Shown here in pieces: positions 18,401 through 28,181 of a DNA stretch of 64,000 nucleotides. Position 1 is the first letter of the stretch. The number at the start of each line of letters is the position of its first letter. The DNA comes from a virus. Both the position numbers and the translations under genes were made by a program. The stretch lies in the IMG/VR virus record IMGVR_UViG_3300037149_000100, one strand, 5' to 3'. The notes under the pieces were generated by a model that was not told the DNA's origin, ran no database searches, and saw nothing but the letters and a program-made list of their open reading frames with translations.

Positions 18401-18770
18401 GGTTGCTCCAGAGTCAGAACCAACGGCTGAAGCCGAACCCAATCCTGAAGTGCCGATCACCACGTTGGAGGAACTTCATGAAGCTGTGGAGAGCATTGTA
18501 ACAATTGCAACTGAGGAGATAGTCGAAGAAGATGTGTTTTTTCGGGAACCTCCTCGTAAAGAAGTTGCCCCAATCATAATAGAAGAAAAGCCCTGGCTTC
18601 CCATGGTTCGTAATCTGAATAAAATTGAACAGGATGATTTTTTAAAACAAGTGGGGTTTCCGCTAGGCACCGAAGAAATCCAATTTGTTTATGAGTTTGA
18701 CAAAGAACCAGTTAACCTACCCTATTGTATGACTACTACTATTCCGGAAGAGTATCTCGTATGTTCATAA
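15402..18770 (+). CDS. polA: family A DNA polymerase with 3'-5' exonuclease
   Basis: Exo I DTETDG, II FNAKFD, III YAASD; Pol A DFSNIEMR, B RSLAKIINFALLYG, C TVHDEI. Confidence 0.95.
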   Translation: MKEQEEQLSEQDPIITGKKPRKKKEKKPKAPKVKKTLREIFMERLALIDIEKLKKPWMATKSFRLIDTAEELQRWVDTVMSDPGRCQTHSWASHTGPVIAVDTETDGLDIRVINGKMKTKLAGVCLSADGVEGLYIPVGHESGNNIPATQLAPILQKLFDRCHLVFFNAKFDREVLRLSLGITFRDYPFFEDVQTLTYLDDPKAKVDDKGSGSLQEGLKVLSKVKLGLEQIELEDLVKVKAKVFNVELNKDTQRMVYCPFTWVPTGMALWYAASDAITTWLLWKLFHSERDFSKMLGVHRLDHLLVDTITWIERQRPRVDGERLKDTIDFHASRVKQLTEELGRIAGIENFNPGSTAQITQVLFQDRGMEVIERSEKTNDPSTAIGVLKELHKRYPKDEFLIKLMDFREYAALHPSSMRYDPIDHTIRFYLKQNVVAGGRLAAAGGEFEKDGGCGLNPQAIKKVGGNWWVRGKLLPDQSVAPEVESYPDTSKLDPSCFNRDKQLAPNIHPNNHTATYFGKHYCMIPSCTTCEGRVDSRIDANEIINFRGLIVADPGWSIYVYDFSNIEMRVAANVSSEPLFIKEFLEGTGDFHSLTATALFPEFSDPATPKARKKELRSLAKIINFALLYGGTAYTIMENLNKEGFATTFDEAEELVKRYWDSVPTFAAWCQNKRDVARAKMICRTSTGRIINFESAMKGFKIHIPEKWEKDNFWEWKKLTKREVELTRLELKEDALAIKQAAEAMWANPKTGVRNAQEFNRFLGKAERVALNIPLQGVAGDLMRCALNRIRVWALANPGLEKVFRLHLTVHDEIDFSVKNEFAPYVLPRLNRFMKLRKLHESKKWPVPIETDCEYGQTWDVNYHLTGDDSHKAAGWSGVPGMESYIPPDFAEDVVEKIVYAWSNGGEERVTKWLQQLHPRVQGYLSELNDDPDTVRHYITIMLQLHEFWQIDEDEQDEQTLMQYAEENGLKITDEPLIGGLAGYLDSVPPEDIIEVAEPVAPESEPTAEAEPNPEVPITTLEELHEAVESIVTIATEEIVEEDVFFREPPRKEVAPIIIEEKPWLPMVRNLNKIEQDDFLKQVGFPLGTEEIQFVYEFDKEPVNLPYCMTTTIPEEYLVCS

Positions 18771-19228
18771 CTTCCAAAAATCCAAAATACCTTAATCTGG
18801 GGCGAGACATTGAAAATGCCACGCTCCGGATGGCCCATATGAGACGGCTGATTGATATGATGCAAGGGTGTATGGGGTCCGGTATCACCGTCTTGGAGTC
18901 CTTTAAAGAATTGGATACGAAGGGAAAATATGCGAAGGTCGAGGGGCCAAAGCTGGAGCACCTCGTTCAAGTCAAGATGATTTTGTCAAATATTCAAGAA
19001 TGTATTGCCATTGCCGACAGTGAGTTTGAGAAATATGCGGATGAGTTTGGCAAATTAGATAAGACATTCACCAGACTGAAGAATGCCCCGCAACCCAAAG
19101 AGAAAAAGGCGGCTGAGCCTCAGCCACAGCTTCCGGAGTCCACCGCAGCCTCATTTCCTGATGCTTTGCCAGCCCCAGTAGAACCGTCAGAATTACCTGA
19201 ATCCACTGAAGAGTCCAAGGATAACTGA
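18761..19228 (+). CDS. coiled-coil hypothetical protein
   Basis: ATG overlapping polA end; helical. Confidence 0.55.
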   Translation: MFITSKNPKYLNLGRDIENATLRMAHMRRLIDMMQGCMGSGITVLESFKELDTKGKYAKVEGPKLEHLVQVKMILSNIQECIAIADSEFEKYADEFGKLDKTFTRLKNAPQPKEKKAAEPQPQLPESTAASFPDALPAPVEPSELPESTEESKDN

Positions 19229-19272
19229 GAAAAATGGACTTTTCCTCCCTTTCGTAGGGAGTTTGGTGGTGT

Positions 19273-21588
19273 ATGGCAGGAAGACGCAAACAGACGAGAA
19301 TCAATAAGGTAGCGAGTAAGGATATTCCCCAGTTCTCTGTAGGGAAATATTCCAGTTTTAACATAAACGGTACGATCGAAGATCCCGTTAGGAACGGCTC
19401 TGCCACTGATGCTAAAGTCAGAATGGCCAATAAGATGCGGAAGAGTGCAGACCTATGGGCTGGGGAGAACGGTCCTGCCAACATTTCTGACTCTGAAAAC
19501 ATTGGCTATTATAGCTATGAGTTCCCAGTAGATGCTCTGGAACTCCCACAGTCTAGAGCCCAGGAACTCCGGTTCTACCGTCTCGCGTATGATCGTGACC
19601 CTATTGTTGGGCGAGGTATTGACCTTCATACTGAAATCCCAATGAACAAAATAAATCTGGATCGTCCTAAGTGCTCATCTGAGGCGTTTGGCGATTATAT
19701 TTACGACTTTTACCAGGGTTTGGTAACAAATTCACGGTTATTTGAGACCCTACTTCACGCCAGTCGGGAGTACTGGAATATTGGTGAGGCATTCCTATTT
19801 GTAGAGGATGATCCCGATATTAAGCCCTCCGAAGCTGCTGCGGAATACGTCCAGGCCATGGATGAGCAGGACGACCAGAAGATGGCCGAACAAGGCCAGT
19901 CTCGTTCCTATTTTGAGACGGACAATACCTCTTGGGGTTCCGAAGCGGTCAGCATGACCACAAAGCACTCCTCAGCTAAACTGGCCGCACAGGTGGGCTT
20001 TGACCCACTTGCCGATACGGACAAGGCAATTCGCAAGAGGGTTGCAGCCCTTAACGAAATCATGAGTGACCTGAAATCTCTGGAGAAAACTGCCAGTGCT
20101 AAACAAGCAGCCCCTCCTGAAGATGCGGGACCGGCCATCGGAGAGTCTACGGATGCCCCCACGGGTGGCACGGATCTACCAGCCCCCGGTGCCGAACCGG
20201 GTGCCGATGATGCGGGTTTAGGCGCTGATGGTGATGCCGGAGGTGGCGGAATCATGCCCTCTGACTCCATGGGCGGAGGTGGTGGAGGTATGGGGATGAG
20301 CATGGGAGGTGGCGGAGGTATGGGTATGGATGATACGGGCACCGGTATGGAGACCCCTGTCCCCCCCAAGGATCTTGAAACCCGTCGAATGGAAGAAGTG
20401 ATTAAGCTGTTGAGGAGAAAGAAAGAACTCCTGAAAGAGTTAGAAGATCTTCACGATATCCGCAAGAACGACTTCGAACTCTTCTCCCATCTATCCAATA
20501 AAGATTATATGGGTTTTGACCGTATTCAGCTTCTTCCCCCTGAAAATGTTGAAATCAAGAAGTCTTCGACGTTTGGCTCTGAACCCACTATCTTCTACAA
20601 GCCCCCAGAAGATGCTAAAGCATCGTACATCGAGAACCCTGATACCCCTGATGAGGTTAAAGACAGCCTTTCAGCCGATGGGGTCATTCCACTGAATGAC
20701 AATCCATTCAAGGGCTCTTATGCGATTCATTTCGCTCGTAAGAAAGCCCCATTCGAGGATCATGGTCGCTCGATTCTTCAGCGTTGTATGAGGAGCATCA
20801 TCTACCGTGAAAAGCTCCGTCAGGTGCAGACAACTATTGCTTCCCGCAACATGACCCCCAAGACTTTGGTGGTTGCTCCGGGTGTGGCAAATGGTGAGTT
20901 GATGGCCCTCAGAGGTCATATTGATGAAGCCAAATCAGATCCAGATTACACCGTGGTCGTCAACTATGAATGCACCTGGAATGAGATTGGCTCTGAGGGT
21001 CGCCTTCTCACTCTGGATGGTGAGTGGAGCCATACCGGCAATGACTTAGCCATCGGTCTCGGCTTCAGTCCTGATATCCTTAATGGCGAGGGACTCTACA
21101 GTAACACCCGTACTCAGTTGGACATCCTCAGCACTACTTACCTCCAGTTCCGTGCGGTTGTTGCCTACATCGTGCAAGAACTGATATTCAAGCCCATCGC
21201 AATGAAGAAGGGCTTTTACGAAATCGACCGATATGGCCGACCCCGCTGGCTCTACCCCGAAGTGAAGTTTGGCCGCATGGCTCTTCGCAATGCTGGAGAG
21301 ACCTATCAGATGTTGTTCGATCTTTACCAGAAGGGCTCTGTACCGGTTAGTGTTCTGCTTGAACTCCTTGATGTGGACCCAGAAGTCTGCCGCAAGAACC
21401 TAGAAGCTGATCTCTTCACCGTTAACGACTCCAAGTTCAATGCTTTCCTGGAAAATCTCTACAGTAATGTTGCTAGTTCTGATTCATTTGCTACGACTGA
21501 TATTGCGGATAAGTTTAAACGTGCGCTTGGTTTGAAAGAAAAGGATATTGATGAATCTGAGATCGAAGGTTCCGGCGAGGGCATCTAA
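19273..21588 (+). CDS. portal protein with a large low-complexity insertion
   Basis: YDRDPIVGRGIDLH, EYWNIGEAF, LLPPENVEI, IHFAR, GRSILQRC portal-type blocks. Confidence 0.75.
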   Translation: MAGRRKQTRINKVASKDIPQFSVGKYSSFNINGTIEDPVRNGSATDAKVRMANKMRKSADLWAGENGPANISDSENIGYYSYEFPVDALELPQSRAQELRFYRLAYDRDPIVGRGIDLHTEIPMNKINLDRPKCSSEAFGDYIYDFYQGLVTNSRLFETLLHASREYWNIGEAFLFVEDDPDIKPSEAAAEYVQAMDEQDDQKMAEQGQSRSYFETDNTSWGSEAVSMTTKHSSAKLAAQVGFDPLADTDKAIRKRVAALNEIMSDLKSLEKTASAKQAAPPEDAGPAIGESTDAPTGGTDLPAPGAEPGADDAGLGADGDAGGGGIMPSDSMGGGGGGMGMSMGGGGGMGMDDTGTGMETPVPPKDLETRRMEEVIKLLRRKKELLKELEDLHDIRKNDFELFSHLSNKDYMGFDRIQLLPPENVEIKKSSTFGSEPTIFYKPPEDAKASYIENPDTPDEVKDSLSADGVIPLNDNPFKGSYAIHFARKKAPFEDHGRSILQRCMRSIIYREKLRQVQTTIASRNMTPKTLVVAPGVANGELMALRGHIDEAKSDPDYTVVVNYECTWNEIGSEGRLLTLDGEWSHTGNDLAIGLGFSPDILNGEGLYSNTRTQLDILSTTYLQFRAVVAYIVQELIFKPIAMKKGFYEIDRYGRPRWLYPEVKFGRMALRNAGETYQMLFDLYQKGSVPVSVLLELLDVDPEVCRKNLEADLFTVNDSKFNAFLENLYSNVASSDSFATTDIADKFKRALGLKEKDIDESEIEGSGEGI

Positions 21589-24500
21589 TGATTACACAAC
21601 TTGGAACCCTACCATGGACTTCTGAAGTTCTCACTGGTAACGGAGAGTTCCTGGAGGTATCTCCGGGCACCTTCTATGTCGTATCCAACAGCCTCTCGAA
21701 TGGAACGTTCGGAGTATTCAAATCCACGGATTATGGTAACACTTTTACCGAAACCGTAACCTACACTTTTCCTACCGCAGGGGATGTTGTGTTTGATCCC
21801 GCTATTAGTTTTGACGGGACACACATTCGTATCATTGGGGCCGTTACAAATGCCGCAAATAGCACCCTGATAGATCTGGTGGTCTTCACCCTCACCCCCG
21901 GATCTCCAGATACCCTCTCCTCCCCTTCAGTCGTGATCACCGGTACCAGGATTCATTCCGGATACGATATTATTTCACGTTCAGATGGAACGAGTGTTAT
22001 CGTTACAGCCGTGACCAATCCTACCAATCCAACTCTGACCAACGATTACACATTAGTTGGGATTGGACTAGCCTCAGACGGCACTGTTAGCAGCATCACC
22101 CCCCTTCTCGCCCCCGCATGGGCTATTTACACCATCTATACGGTTGGGACTAGAGTCTCTTATGGAGGTGCAGGTTACCTCTGCATTAAAGCGAACACCT
22201 CTGGTTCTTCTTTCACTACGGATATGACGGCAGGCGATTGGGCTGTAGAAACGATTCGAACTGGGGAAACCTACGGGGCCGTCTCTCTTGTTCTAGCTTC
22301 AGACGGTTTCACCGTTGAAGCCTACTACACGGCTCATCTCAAGGTTGTCACCTTTGGTTCCGTAATCCAGCAAATTAGAATGCGAACGCTCAGCAGTGGA
22401 ACTTGGTCAGGCGAAACAATCGTGTACTACTATGCCAGTAGCCTTGTTGGCACAAAGCTTACCGTTCTTCCGCTGGGTGACCCATCCTACGATAGGGCCA
22501 TGTCTCATCTTTATTACACCCAAACTGGGAACCAACTCTCTTCAACTCTCTTGGTTGGAACCAGAGTATCCGGAACTTGGCATTTTGTCACCTATACGGG
22601 ATCCACCACTCTTACTTACATGGAGCCCACCCTCACTTATGATTCGGGTGACAACATTCACCTTAACTACCTGTGGGGGAACGTAAATACGGGTAAGGGG
22701 GGATTGCTAGTCTCAAATTTGCTGGACCCCACTAGCCTACAATACACATTCCAAAATGGGCATTACGACCAGCTTCTTCTGACATGGTTAAGAGGGACCA
22801 AAAGTGTGGTAGACACCACCTCCTCTTGGGCTGTGATTGGAGAGCAGCTACCCCAAACCCCCACCACTCCCCCTTCGTATACGCCATTGTTTGTTTCTTT
22901 CTACAACTCCCCTCCAGTAGTCAGTCTGGTTATTGACTCAGGCACCTCTGTGATCTCTCCTCCAATTGAAACAGTAAAAAGGGGAGCCACAACCATTTTG
23001 GATGCTACGGGGACTTATGATCCAGACTATGACTCCATGCACTTCACATGGAGTAGCGACGACACAACTGGGCTGGTTCAACTAGCCCCAGTTGCCGGGA
23101 ACCCTGCTCTCCTAAACGTTACTATTCCCAATGGAGTTGGTCCAAGTGAGTTCACTTTAAACGTTACAGTTTCAGTAGTAGATTTGGCGCTGGATGGAAT
23201 CACACCGCTTCACTCTCCCGTAACCGCAACTGCAACTCTTACAGTCGCCGCAACAGCTCCACCAATAATCACCTGGAATCCCTCTCTCTTCACTTACAAC
23301 TCACTTACAAGTCAATGGGACATCCCCCTTCCTCGAAATAGCACTGTTGCGTTAGTCCCTACCGTTGTTGGTTCGTATGGAGCCACAGCCAGCTTTGCTA
23401 CCAATGTGATGACCCTTCAGACTGTTCCGACTCAAGGTGCGGTGGCTATTGGTCAAACGTTGCAAGGTAACGGAGGGTCCCCCAATGCCCTGACTGGGCT
23501 TACCATTACAGGTCGCCTTACCGGTGTGCTGAATGAGGCAGGGTCTACTTATTCCATCTCTGGGACAGTGGGAACAATTGCGACAGAAAGCATTACCACA
23601 GGCAATTACTACCCACTCACGTATGCCTGGACTCAGGTCTCGGGGACGCAGGTTCCAATTCTAATCAACACAAACATTTCCTATCTCTGGATACTTTTGA
23701 GCGGAACCTATGTGTTGGGGAGCACTATAACTTTCCAAGTTACCGTATCGGATGGCATCAACACTCCAGTGGCTTCGACTGTAGCGATTGCTATTTCGTC
23801 AATCAACACCACCACTTTGGACACAAAGTATATAAGCAGAGCAGTTTTCTCCACTCCGGCTTTATCATCGATTCAAACTCGCAACAATCCTACCGATCAA
23901 TCAAGTTGGGGTGCAATGGAGGTTGGGATTGTAACATCTAATTTCGCTCAGATGAAGGTATCCCGCAACTCCGCTACAGGGAGCAGACGGCAAACCTATA
24001 TTAGCGAATATTCAGTTGCAATCATTGGGGAAGAAGGTGGTGGAGATTACTATTACCGAAAGGTGTTTCTCCTGGGGAATGATCGTGGAAAAATTGTAGA
24101 CGCACTTCTTTTGGAAGATGATGATCTCCTCGTTCTGACGGATGGAAACCAGCTTCTTCGATACTCGGATTTCGGGCTTTATAATACTTCTGATTTTTAC
24201 CAGGATTCCATAGACCTTAGCTCTTACTTCACCAACACAACTACGGTTCAGTGGTTCATAGCCACCCCCGCCTTTGGTGGCTCCAGAGTGGCAGCTTTTG
24301 CCACTTCTGATGGGGCGTTATTGATACAGATTGCAGAGGAGACCTTTGCTCTTGGGGATGTGCTGCTTCTCTCCACTTCCAGTTTCAATCTATATGGTGG
24401 GAATGACGTTGTGTTCATCAGATTCCAACAGGTGGAAAGTCTCAGACAGGGGACAGTCCTGGTGGGATCCCTCTCCCCCAAGACCGCCACATCCGCCTTG

Positions 24501-24788
24501 GAATATTTTGAAACGGTATTTGATCTCAGCCTGAGATCTATTGTAAATGTGTGGGATCGAACGAGTCGCATCAATCAGAATGTCATTACTGGTGAGTTTC
24601 TGAGCAACTTTGAATCCAACTACACAGGAGTCCTTCAGGCCCCAATGCTGACTCTTACCCAGAACACCGATACCTCTGTAACCCTCTCATGGACTCAGGT
24701 TCGCCCAGATTTGGTCGAGACATACCAGATTTTCAGTAGCTCTACACCCGGAGTCTCGGTTGCCCCCCTTTCTGATGCCACGAGTTAG
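21588..24788 (+). CDS. large tail/surface protein: beta-rich repeats, CBM5/12-like insert, PKD/Ig domains, half FN3
   Basis: T/S/V-rich; AWAIYTIYTVGTRVSYGGAGYLCIKANTS; LDATGTYDPD..FTWS; YAWTQVSG..TFQVTVSDG. Confidence 0.7.
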   Translation: MITQLGTLPWTSEVLTGNGEFLEVSPGTFYVVSNSLSNGTFGVFKSTDYGNTFTETVTYTFPTAGDVVFDPAISFDGTHIRIIGAVTNAANSTLIDLVVFTLTPGSPDTLSSPSVVITGTRIHSGYDIISRSDGTSVIVTAVTNPTNPTLTNDYTLVGIGLASDGTVSSITPLLAPAWAIYTIYTVGTRVSYGGAGYLCIKANTSGSSFTTDMTAGDWAVETIRTGETYGAVSLVLASDGFTVEAYYTAHLKVVTFGSVIQQIRMRTLSSGTWSGETIVYYYASSLVGTKLTVLPLGDPSYDRAMSHLYYTQTGNQLSSTLLVGTRVSGTWHFVTYTGSTTLTYMEPTLTYDSGDNIHLNYLWGNVNTGKGGLLVSNLLDPTSLQYTFQNGHYDQLLLTWLRGTKSVVDTTSSWAVIGEQLPQTPTTPPSYTPLFVSFYNSPPVVSLVIDSGTSVISPPIETVKRGATTILDATGTYDPDYDSMHFTWSSDDTTGLVQLAPVAGNPALLNVTIPNGVGPSEFTLNVTVSVVDLALDGITPLHSPVTATATLTVAATAPPIITWNPSLFTYNSLTSQWDIPLPRNSTVALVPTVVGSYGATASFATNVMTLQTVPTQGAVAIGQTLQGNGGSPNALTGLTITGRLTGVLNEAGSTYSISGTVGTIATESITTGNYYPLTYAWTQVSGTQVPILINTNISYLWILLSGTYVLGSTITFQVTVSDGINTPVASTVAIAISSINTTTLDTKYISRAVFSTPALSSIQTRNNPTDQSSWGAMEVGIVTSNFAQMKVSRNSATGSRRQTYISEYSVAIIGEEGGGDYYYRKVFLLGNDRGKIVDALLLEDDDLLVLTDGNQLLRYSDFGLYNTSDFYQDSIDLSSYFTNTTTVQWFIATPAFGGSRVAAFATSDGALLIQIAEETFALGDVLLLSTSSFNLYGGNDVVFIRFQQVESLRQGTVLVGSLSPKTATSALEYFETVFDLSLRSIVNVWDRTSRINQNVITGEFLSNFESNYTGVLQAPMLTLTQNTDTSVTLSWTQVRPDLVETYQIFSSSTPGVSVAPLSDATS

Positions 24789-24796
24789 GAGTCAAA

Positions 24797-25453
24797 ATGC
24801 CCGCGCCCTTTAATCTCATTCAAACGATTGGTAGTGGAGCTGTAACCACCTTCTCGCTGGCTGGATTGGACCCCACCCTCACCTACAAGTTTTATGTCAA
24901 CTCTACCAATAGTGACGGGATCAGTCCCAATTCAAATGTAGTAACTTTTGGAGCCCCCTCACTTCTATTCACGTACCTTCCCCGCTTTTTCAAAACCGTT
25001 CCAGGCACCTCCGGGGTGTTGACCCAGCCAGTGACGATGGAGGATGGTTCGGATCCTACCTCTTACACTTGGACCGCCACGCTGACGATGCTGAGTGTGA
25101 TTCTTAACTTCCCTCCGAATACCTCAGATGACACGATCCTTGACATCCCCGCTCCCACTATGGCTCCTACCGAGCTTACAAATTATGAGTGGGTATGGTT
25201 TGACCCCGCCAGTGGGACATTTTATCTTTCGAATAATTATACTAGCTGGTTCACCAATGGAGCCCGACTTTCATTTAATGTTACGGCCACCAGAATCTCT
25301 GATGGGTTGGTTCTCAATGGAGCTTATTATGCATTCCAAGCCCCACCTTCACTTGAGATTGACCCCTTAACAACGTTCGGTTTTGCAGGATCAGGGTTCC
25401 AGCCCTTCGGCCAGGGAACATTTTTTCAGGGAGTCGTAAATGTCCGCAGTTAG
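24797..25453 (+). CDS. tail-associated protein starting with the C-terminal half of an FN3 domain
   Basis: AGGAG RBS; [29 protein letters not shown]. Confidence 0.65.
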   Translation: MPAPFNLIQTIGSGAVTTFSLAGLDPTLTYKFYVNSTNSDGISPNSNVVTFGAPSLLFTYLPRFFKTVPGTSGVLTQPVTMEDGSDPTSYTWTATLTMLSVILNFPPNTSDDTILDIPAPTMAPTELTNYEWVWFDPASGTFYLSNNYTSWFTNGARLSFNVTATRISDGLVLNGAYYAFQAPPSLEIDPLTTFGFAGSGFQPFGQGTFFQGVVNVRS

Positions 25454-27155
25454 TAAACCCACAATTCAAACCAATCCATTTGCTTACGCAGGATTAAAAA
25501 ACGCCATCTCTTATGCGTCCAACTCTCCGGCTGCCTCCACCCATGACGGTTTTCCCCAGGTTACGATGCAACCTATCGCCTTTGGTGGACAGCCCCCTAC
25601 GGGACAAGACTTTAATGGTATTTTCAATTTTATAACTGCATCTCAAGTCTGGACTAATTGTGGTGGCTATTGGTGGTATGACTCGAATTTTGCCAATACG
25701 ATTGGTTACCCCATTGGGGCAGTTTTGACGACAAATGATTTAGGCTATGAGTTTGCCTGCATTGAAGACGGAACCGCTGTGGACCCCAATGTTAGTGGTC
25801 CTGATGGCACCAATTGGGCTTCTTGGGGCGGCTTGGTATCTGGAGCCTTGAGACATGTTCAGGACACAGGTTTACTAAATGCTTTAGTGATTACAACCAA
25901 ACCTATCGTTACCAAACTTTACGATGGCATGAGTTTCAGTGTAGTGGTGAAGAACACCATCACTGGGGCCTGCACGTTGAATGTAGGTACTGGGGCAATC
26001 GCCATTGTTCGCTCAGATGGCTCTACCCCGCACCCAAATGATATGGTAGCGGGTGGGTGCTATGAGTTTGTGTATGATAAGACTCAAAATAAGTTCTTTG
26101 TTGGTTCCAGTGTAGCGGGGGCAACCGGCTCAACTGGACCCACTGGGGCTCAGGGACAGACTGGCAAGACCGGATTGACCGGAGCCACAGGGTTGACAGG
26201 GTTGACCGGACAGAGTGGCTATACTGGACCCACTGGAGCAGCTGGCCTTACTGGAATGACAGGTTTGACTGGCCTTACTGGTCTTACTGGTCTTACCGGG
26301 CAGAGTGGTTATACTGGTTACACCGGACCCACCGGAGCCATTGGTTACACCGGACCCACCGGAGCCACCGGCCTTACTGGGTACACTGGACCCACTGGGG
26401 CTCAGGGTGTGGTCGGACCCAGTATGGGGGTTCAGGGTGCTCGTAGTGCACTCAAAATTTATACCACCGGGACTAATAGCAACGTATACATCTCCTTCAA
26501 GCAGCTGGTGGTTGCCTCCTCTTCCTATGTTCCTGTAGTTCTTAGTGCCAATTCCGTAGTGTTAAACTCTGCCTCCTCTGGGGTAAACGGGAGAGACTCG
26601 AATACCACCCTCTACTCCTCTACTTTCTATGATGTTTATGTTATTTCTGATGATTACAGCGCTGCTGCTCTGGCCACTTACGCCGGGACTACACCAGTCT
26701 TACCCTCACCCTTTGTCTACTCTGCCAGGGTGGGCACCTTCCTTACGGACAGTACTACTAACGCCTTCCCCCTCTCCATATTACAGATTAATGATCGCAC
26801 AACTTATGTGGTCACCCCTGGGACAAACTTACCATCCCCACTTGTCATAGCCTCCGGAGTAACCTCTGGAGCATCTGTGCCAGTAAAGGGCGTCTGTGTT
26901 CCACCTTCTGCAATAGAAATAGACCTAGGGATTTACGGCATCTTCTCCGGAGGACAAGGTATCTGGGCCGCACCTAGCTCAAGTTACTCCTCCTACCTCA
27001 CTGCTCCTCTCTATCTTAGTTGCAATGGCTCTTCTAGTGTGAGGGGACCGTGGGCGATAAGGGAAATGATGATGTTAGAGAACAGCTATGTTCAGTGGGG
27101 GAGCAGCGATGGGAGTGCCCAACTTCGCTGTGGGGGGTACAGGGACACGTTCTAA
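25440..27155 (+). CDS. tail fibre with collagen-like shaft
   Basis: N-terminal GFP.VTMQPIA.GG.PP.GQDFNGI baseplate-anchor motif; about 34 G-X-Y triplets. Confidence 0.8.
   Translation: MSAVSKPTIQTNPFAYAGLKNAISYASNSPAASTHDGFPQVTMQPIAFGGQPPTGQDFNGIFNFITASQVWTNCGGYWWYDSNFANTIGYPIGAVLTTNDLGYEFACIEDGTAVDPNVSGPDGTNWASWGGLVSGALRHVQDTGLLNALVITTKPIVTKLYDGMSFSVVVKNTITGACTLNVGTGAIAIVRSDGSTPHPNDMVAGGCYEFVYDKTQNKFFVGSSVAGATGSTGPTGAQGQTGKTGLTGATGLTGLTGQSGYTGPTGAAGLTGMTGLTGLTGLTGLTGQSGYTGYTGPTGAIGYTGPTGATGLTGYTGPTGAQGVVGPSMGVQGARSALKIYTTGTNSNVYISFKQLVVASSSYVPVVLSANSVVLNSASSGVNGRDSNTTLYSSTFYDVYVISDDYSAAALATYAGTTPVLPSPFVYSARVGTFLTDSTTNAFPLSILQINDRTTYVVTPGTNLPSPLVIASGVTSGASVPVKGVCVPPSAIEIDLGIYGIFSGGQGIWAAPSSSYSSYLTAPLYLSCNGSSSVRGPWAIREMMMLENSYVQWGSSDGSAQLRCGGYRDTF
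26118..26423 (+). repeat. collagen-like G-X-T 9-bp repeats
   Basis: GATGSTGPT...GLTGLTGLT; tandem actggtctt units. Confidence 0.9.
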
Positions 27156-27164
27156 CCAATTTTC

Positions 27165-27172
27165 GAGTAATA
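27165..27172 (+). promoter_or_regulatory. GAGTAWTA motif (putative phage-sigma promoter), here with a leaderless start
   Basis: One of at least 13 + strand copies; ATG 6 nt downstream with no SD. Confidence 0.6.
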
Positions 27173-27178
27173 GGTTAG

Positions 27179-27865
27179 ATGGACTTCAACTCTCAATTCG
27201 AATCTGTGCGCTCCGGTCTGCTCACCGAACAGACCATTCTTCAACGTAACCAAGCCAAAATTGATGACCTGGAAGCCCAGAAAGTCATGAATACGAAGGC
27301 TTTGGGCATCATCGACAAGGCCATTCAGGTCATCAGCGCCAACGGCATTGGCAAGGTAGAGTCCATTGTGTCAGACGGGCTGAAGCTGGTTTTTAACCAA
27401 GATATCCAACTTGTGATCGAACGGAAGGAAGGGGCCAGGGGTGACTCATACCGTCTCATGGTCCAAGAGGGGGATGTGATCGGACCCCCAATCGATACAA
27501 TGGGCGGAGGTGTGGTCAATGTGATATCCTTCCTACTCAGAGTGATCATGATCCAGCGGTTCAAACTGAACAAATTGATCGTCTTGGACGAGGCTTTTAA
27601 CAACGTGTCCTCCGACCGGCTACCAAAGGTCTCAGAGATGCTGAAATCACTCTGTGACGATCACGATTACACCATTCTGTCAATTACTCAGCAGCCTTTG
27701 CTGGCATGTGCGGCAGACCGAGTATTGAGTGTAGAGACGGGGCCGCTCCTCAGAGAGCTTACCTCCGATGAACTGGATGAATTGAGGGCAAATGGCTCAA
27801 ATCAAAGTAAAGTCCGAACCAGAGATTCTAGCAAGGTTGCAGGAACTGTTGCAACGACATCGTAA
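27179..27865 (+). CDS. SbcC/Rad50 C-terminal half
   Basis: Coiled coil, signature MGGG, Walker B IVLDEAF, ITQ at the H-loop. Confidence 0.8.
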   Translation: MDFNSQFESVRSGLLTEQTILQRNQAKIDDLEAQKVMNTKALGIIDKAIQVISANGIGKVESIVSDGLKLVFNQDIQLVIERKEGARGDSYRLMVQEGDVIGPPIDTMGGGVVNVISFLLRVIMIQRFKLNKLIVLDEAFNNVSSDRLPKVSEMLKSLCDDHDYTILSITQQPLLACAADRVLSVETGPLLRELTSDELDELRANGSNQSKVRTRDSSKVAGTVATTS

Positions 27866-28181
27866 ACGCTTTGTCAAGACCAGATTGAAACCTAACGGAT
27901 CCAACTGTGCTCATAAAGTGTGGGACGATGCTGCGAAGGAATGGTTTTGCGAAGGGTGTGGGAGTAGAGACCCTGAGGTTTGTTTGAATCCCATGTGCTT
28001 TGAGGCTGAGTTCACCAAAGAAGAGCTTGCTGAAGCGTTTCGAAATGATATTTGTAACACCCAGCGGATGCTTCGTGATTATCGTGATGTGGCCACACTT
28101 TTGTGGGTGCTTTCACAATTTTCCCCCACTTCCGACTATGAGCAGACCAAGGAGTCTTTGCTTGGTATGGAGCAAAAATGA
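27792..28181 (+). CDS. Cys-containing hypothetical protein
   Basis: GAGG RBS; CAH..CEGC..C..C. Confidence 0.55.
   Translation: MAQIKVKSEPEILARLQELLQRHRKRFVKTRLKPNGSNCAHKVWDDAAKEWFCEGCGSRDPEVCLNPMCFEAEFTKEELAEAFRNDICNTQRMLRDYRDVATLLWVLSQFSPTSDYEQTKESLLGMEQK

Noticed and set aside
15402-21588. Inteins in PolA or portal insertions
   Set aside because: No N-terminal Cys/Ser block, no His-Asn C-terminus, no LAGLIDADG motifs
24760-24799. Programmed frameshift fusing 21588 and 24797 at CCCCCCTTT
   Set aside because: The required -1 frame has TGA at 24773 downstream of the run, and the second gene has its own RBS
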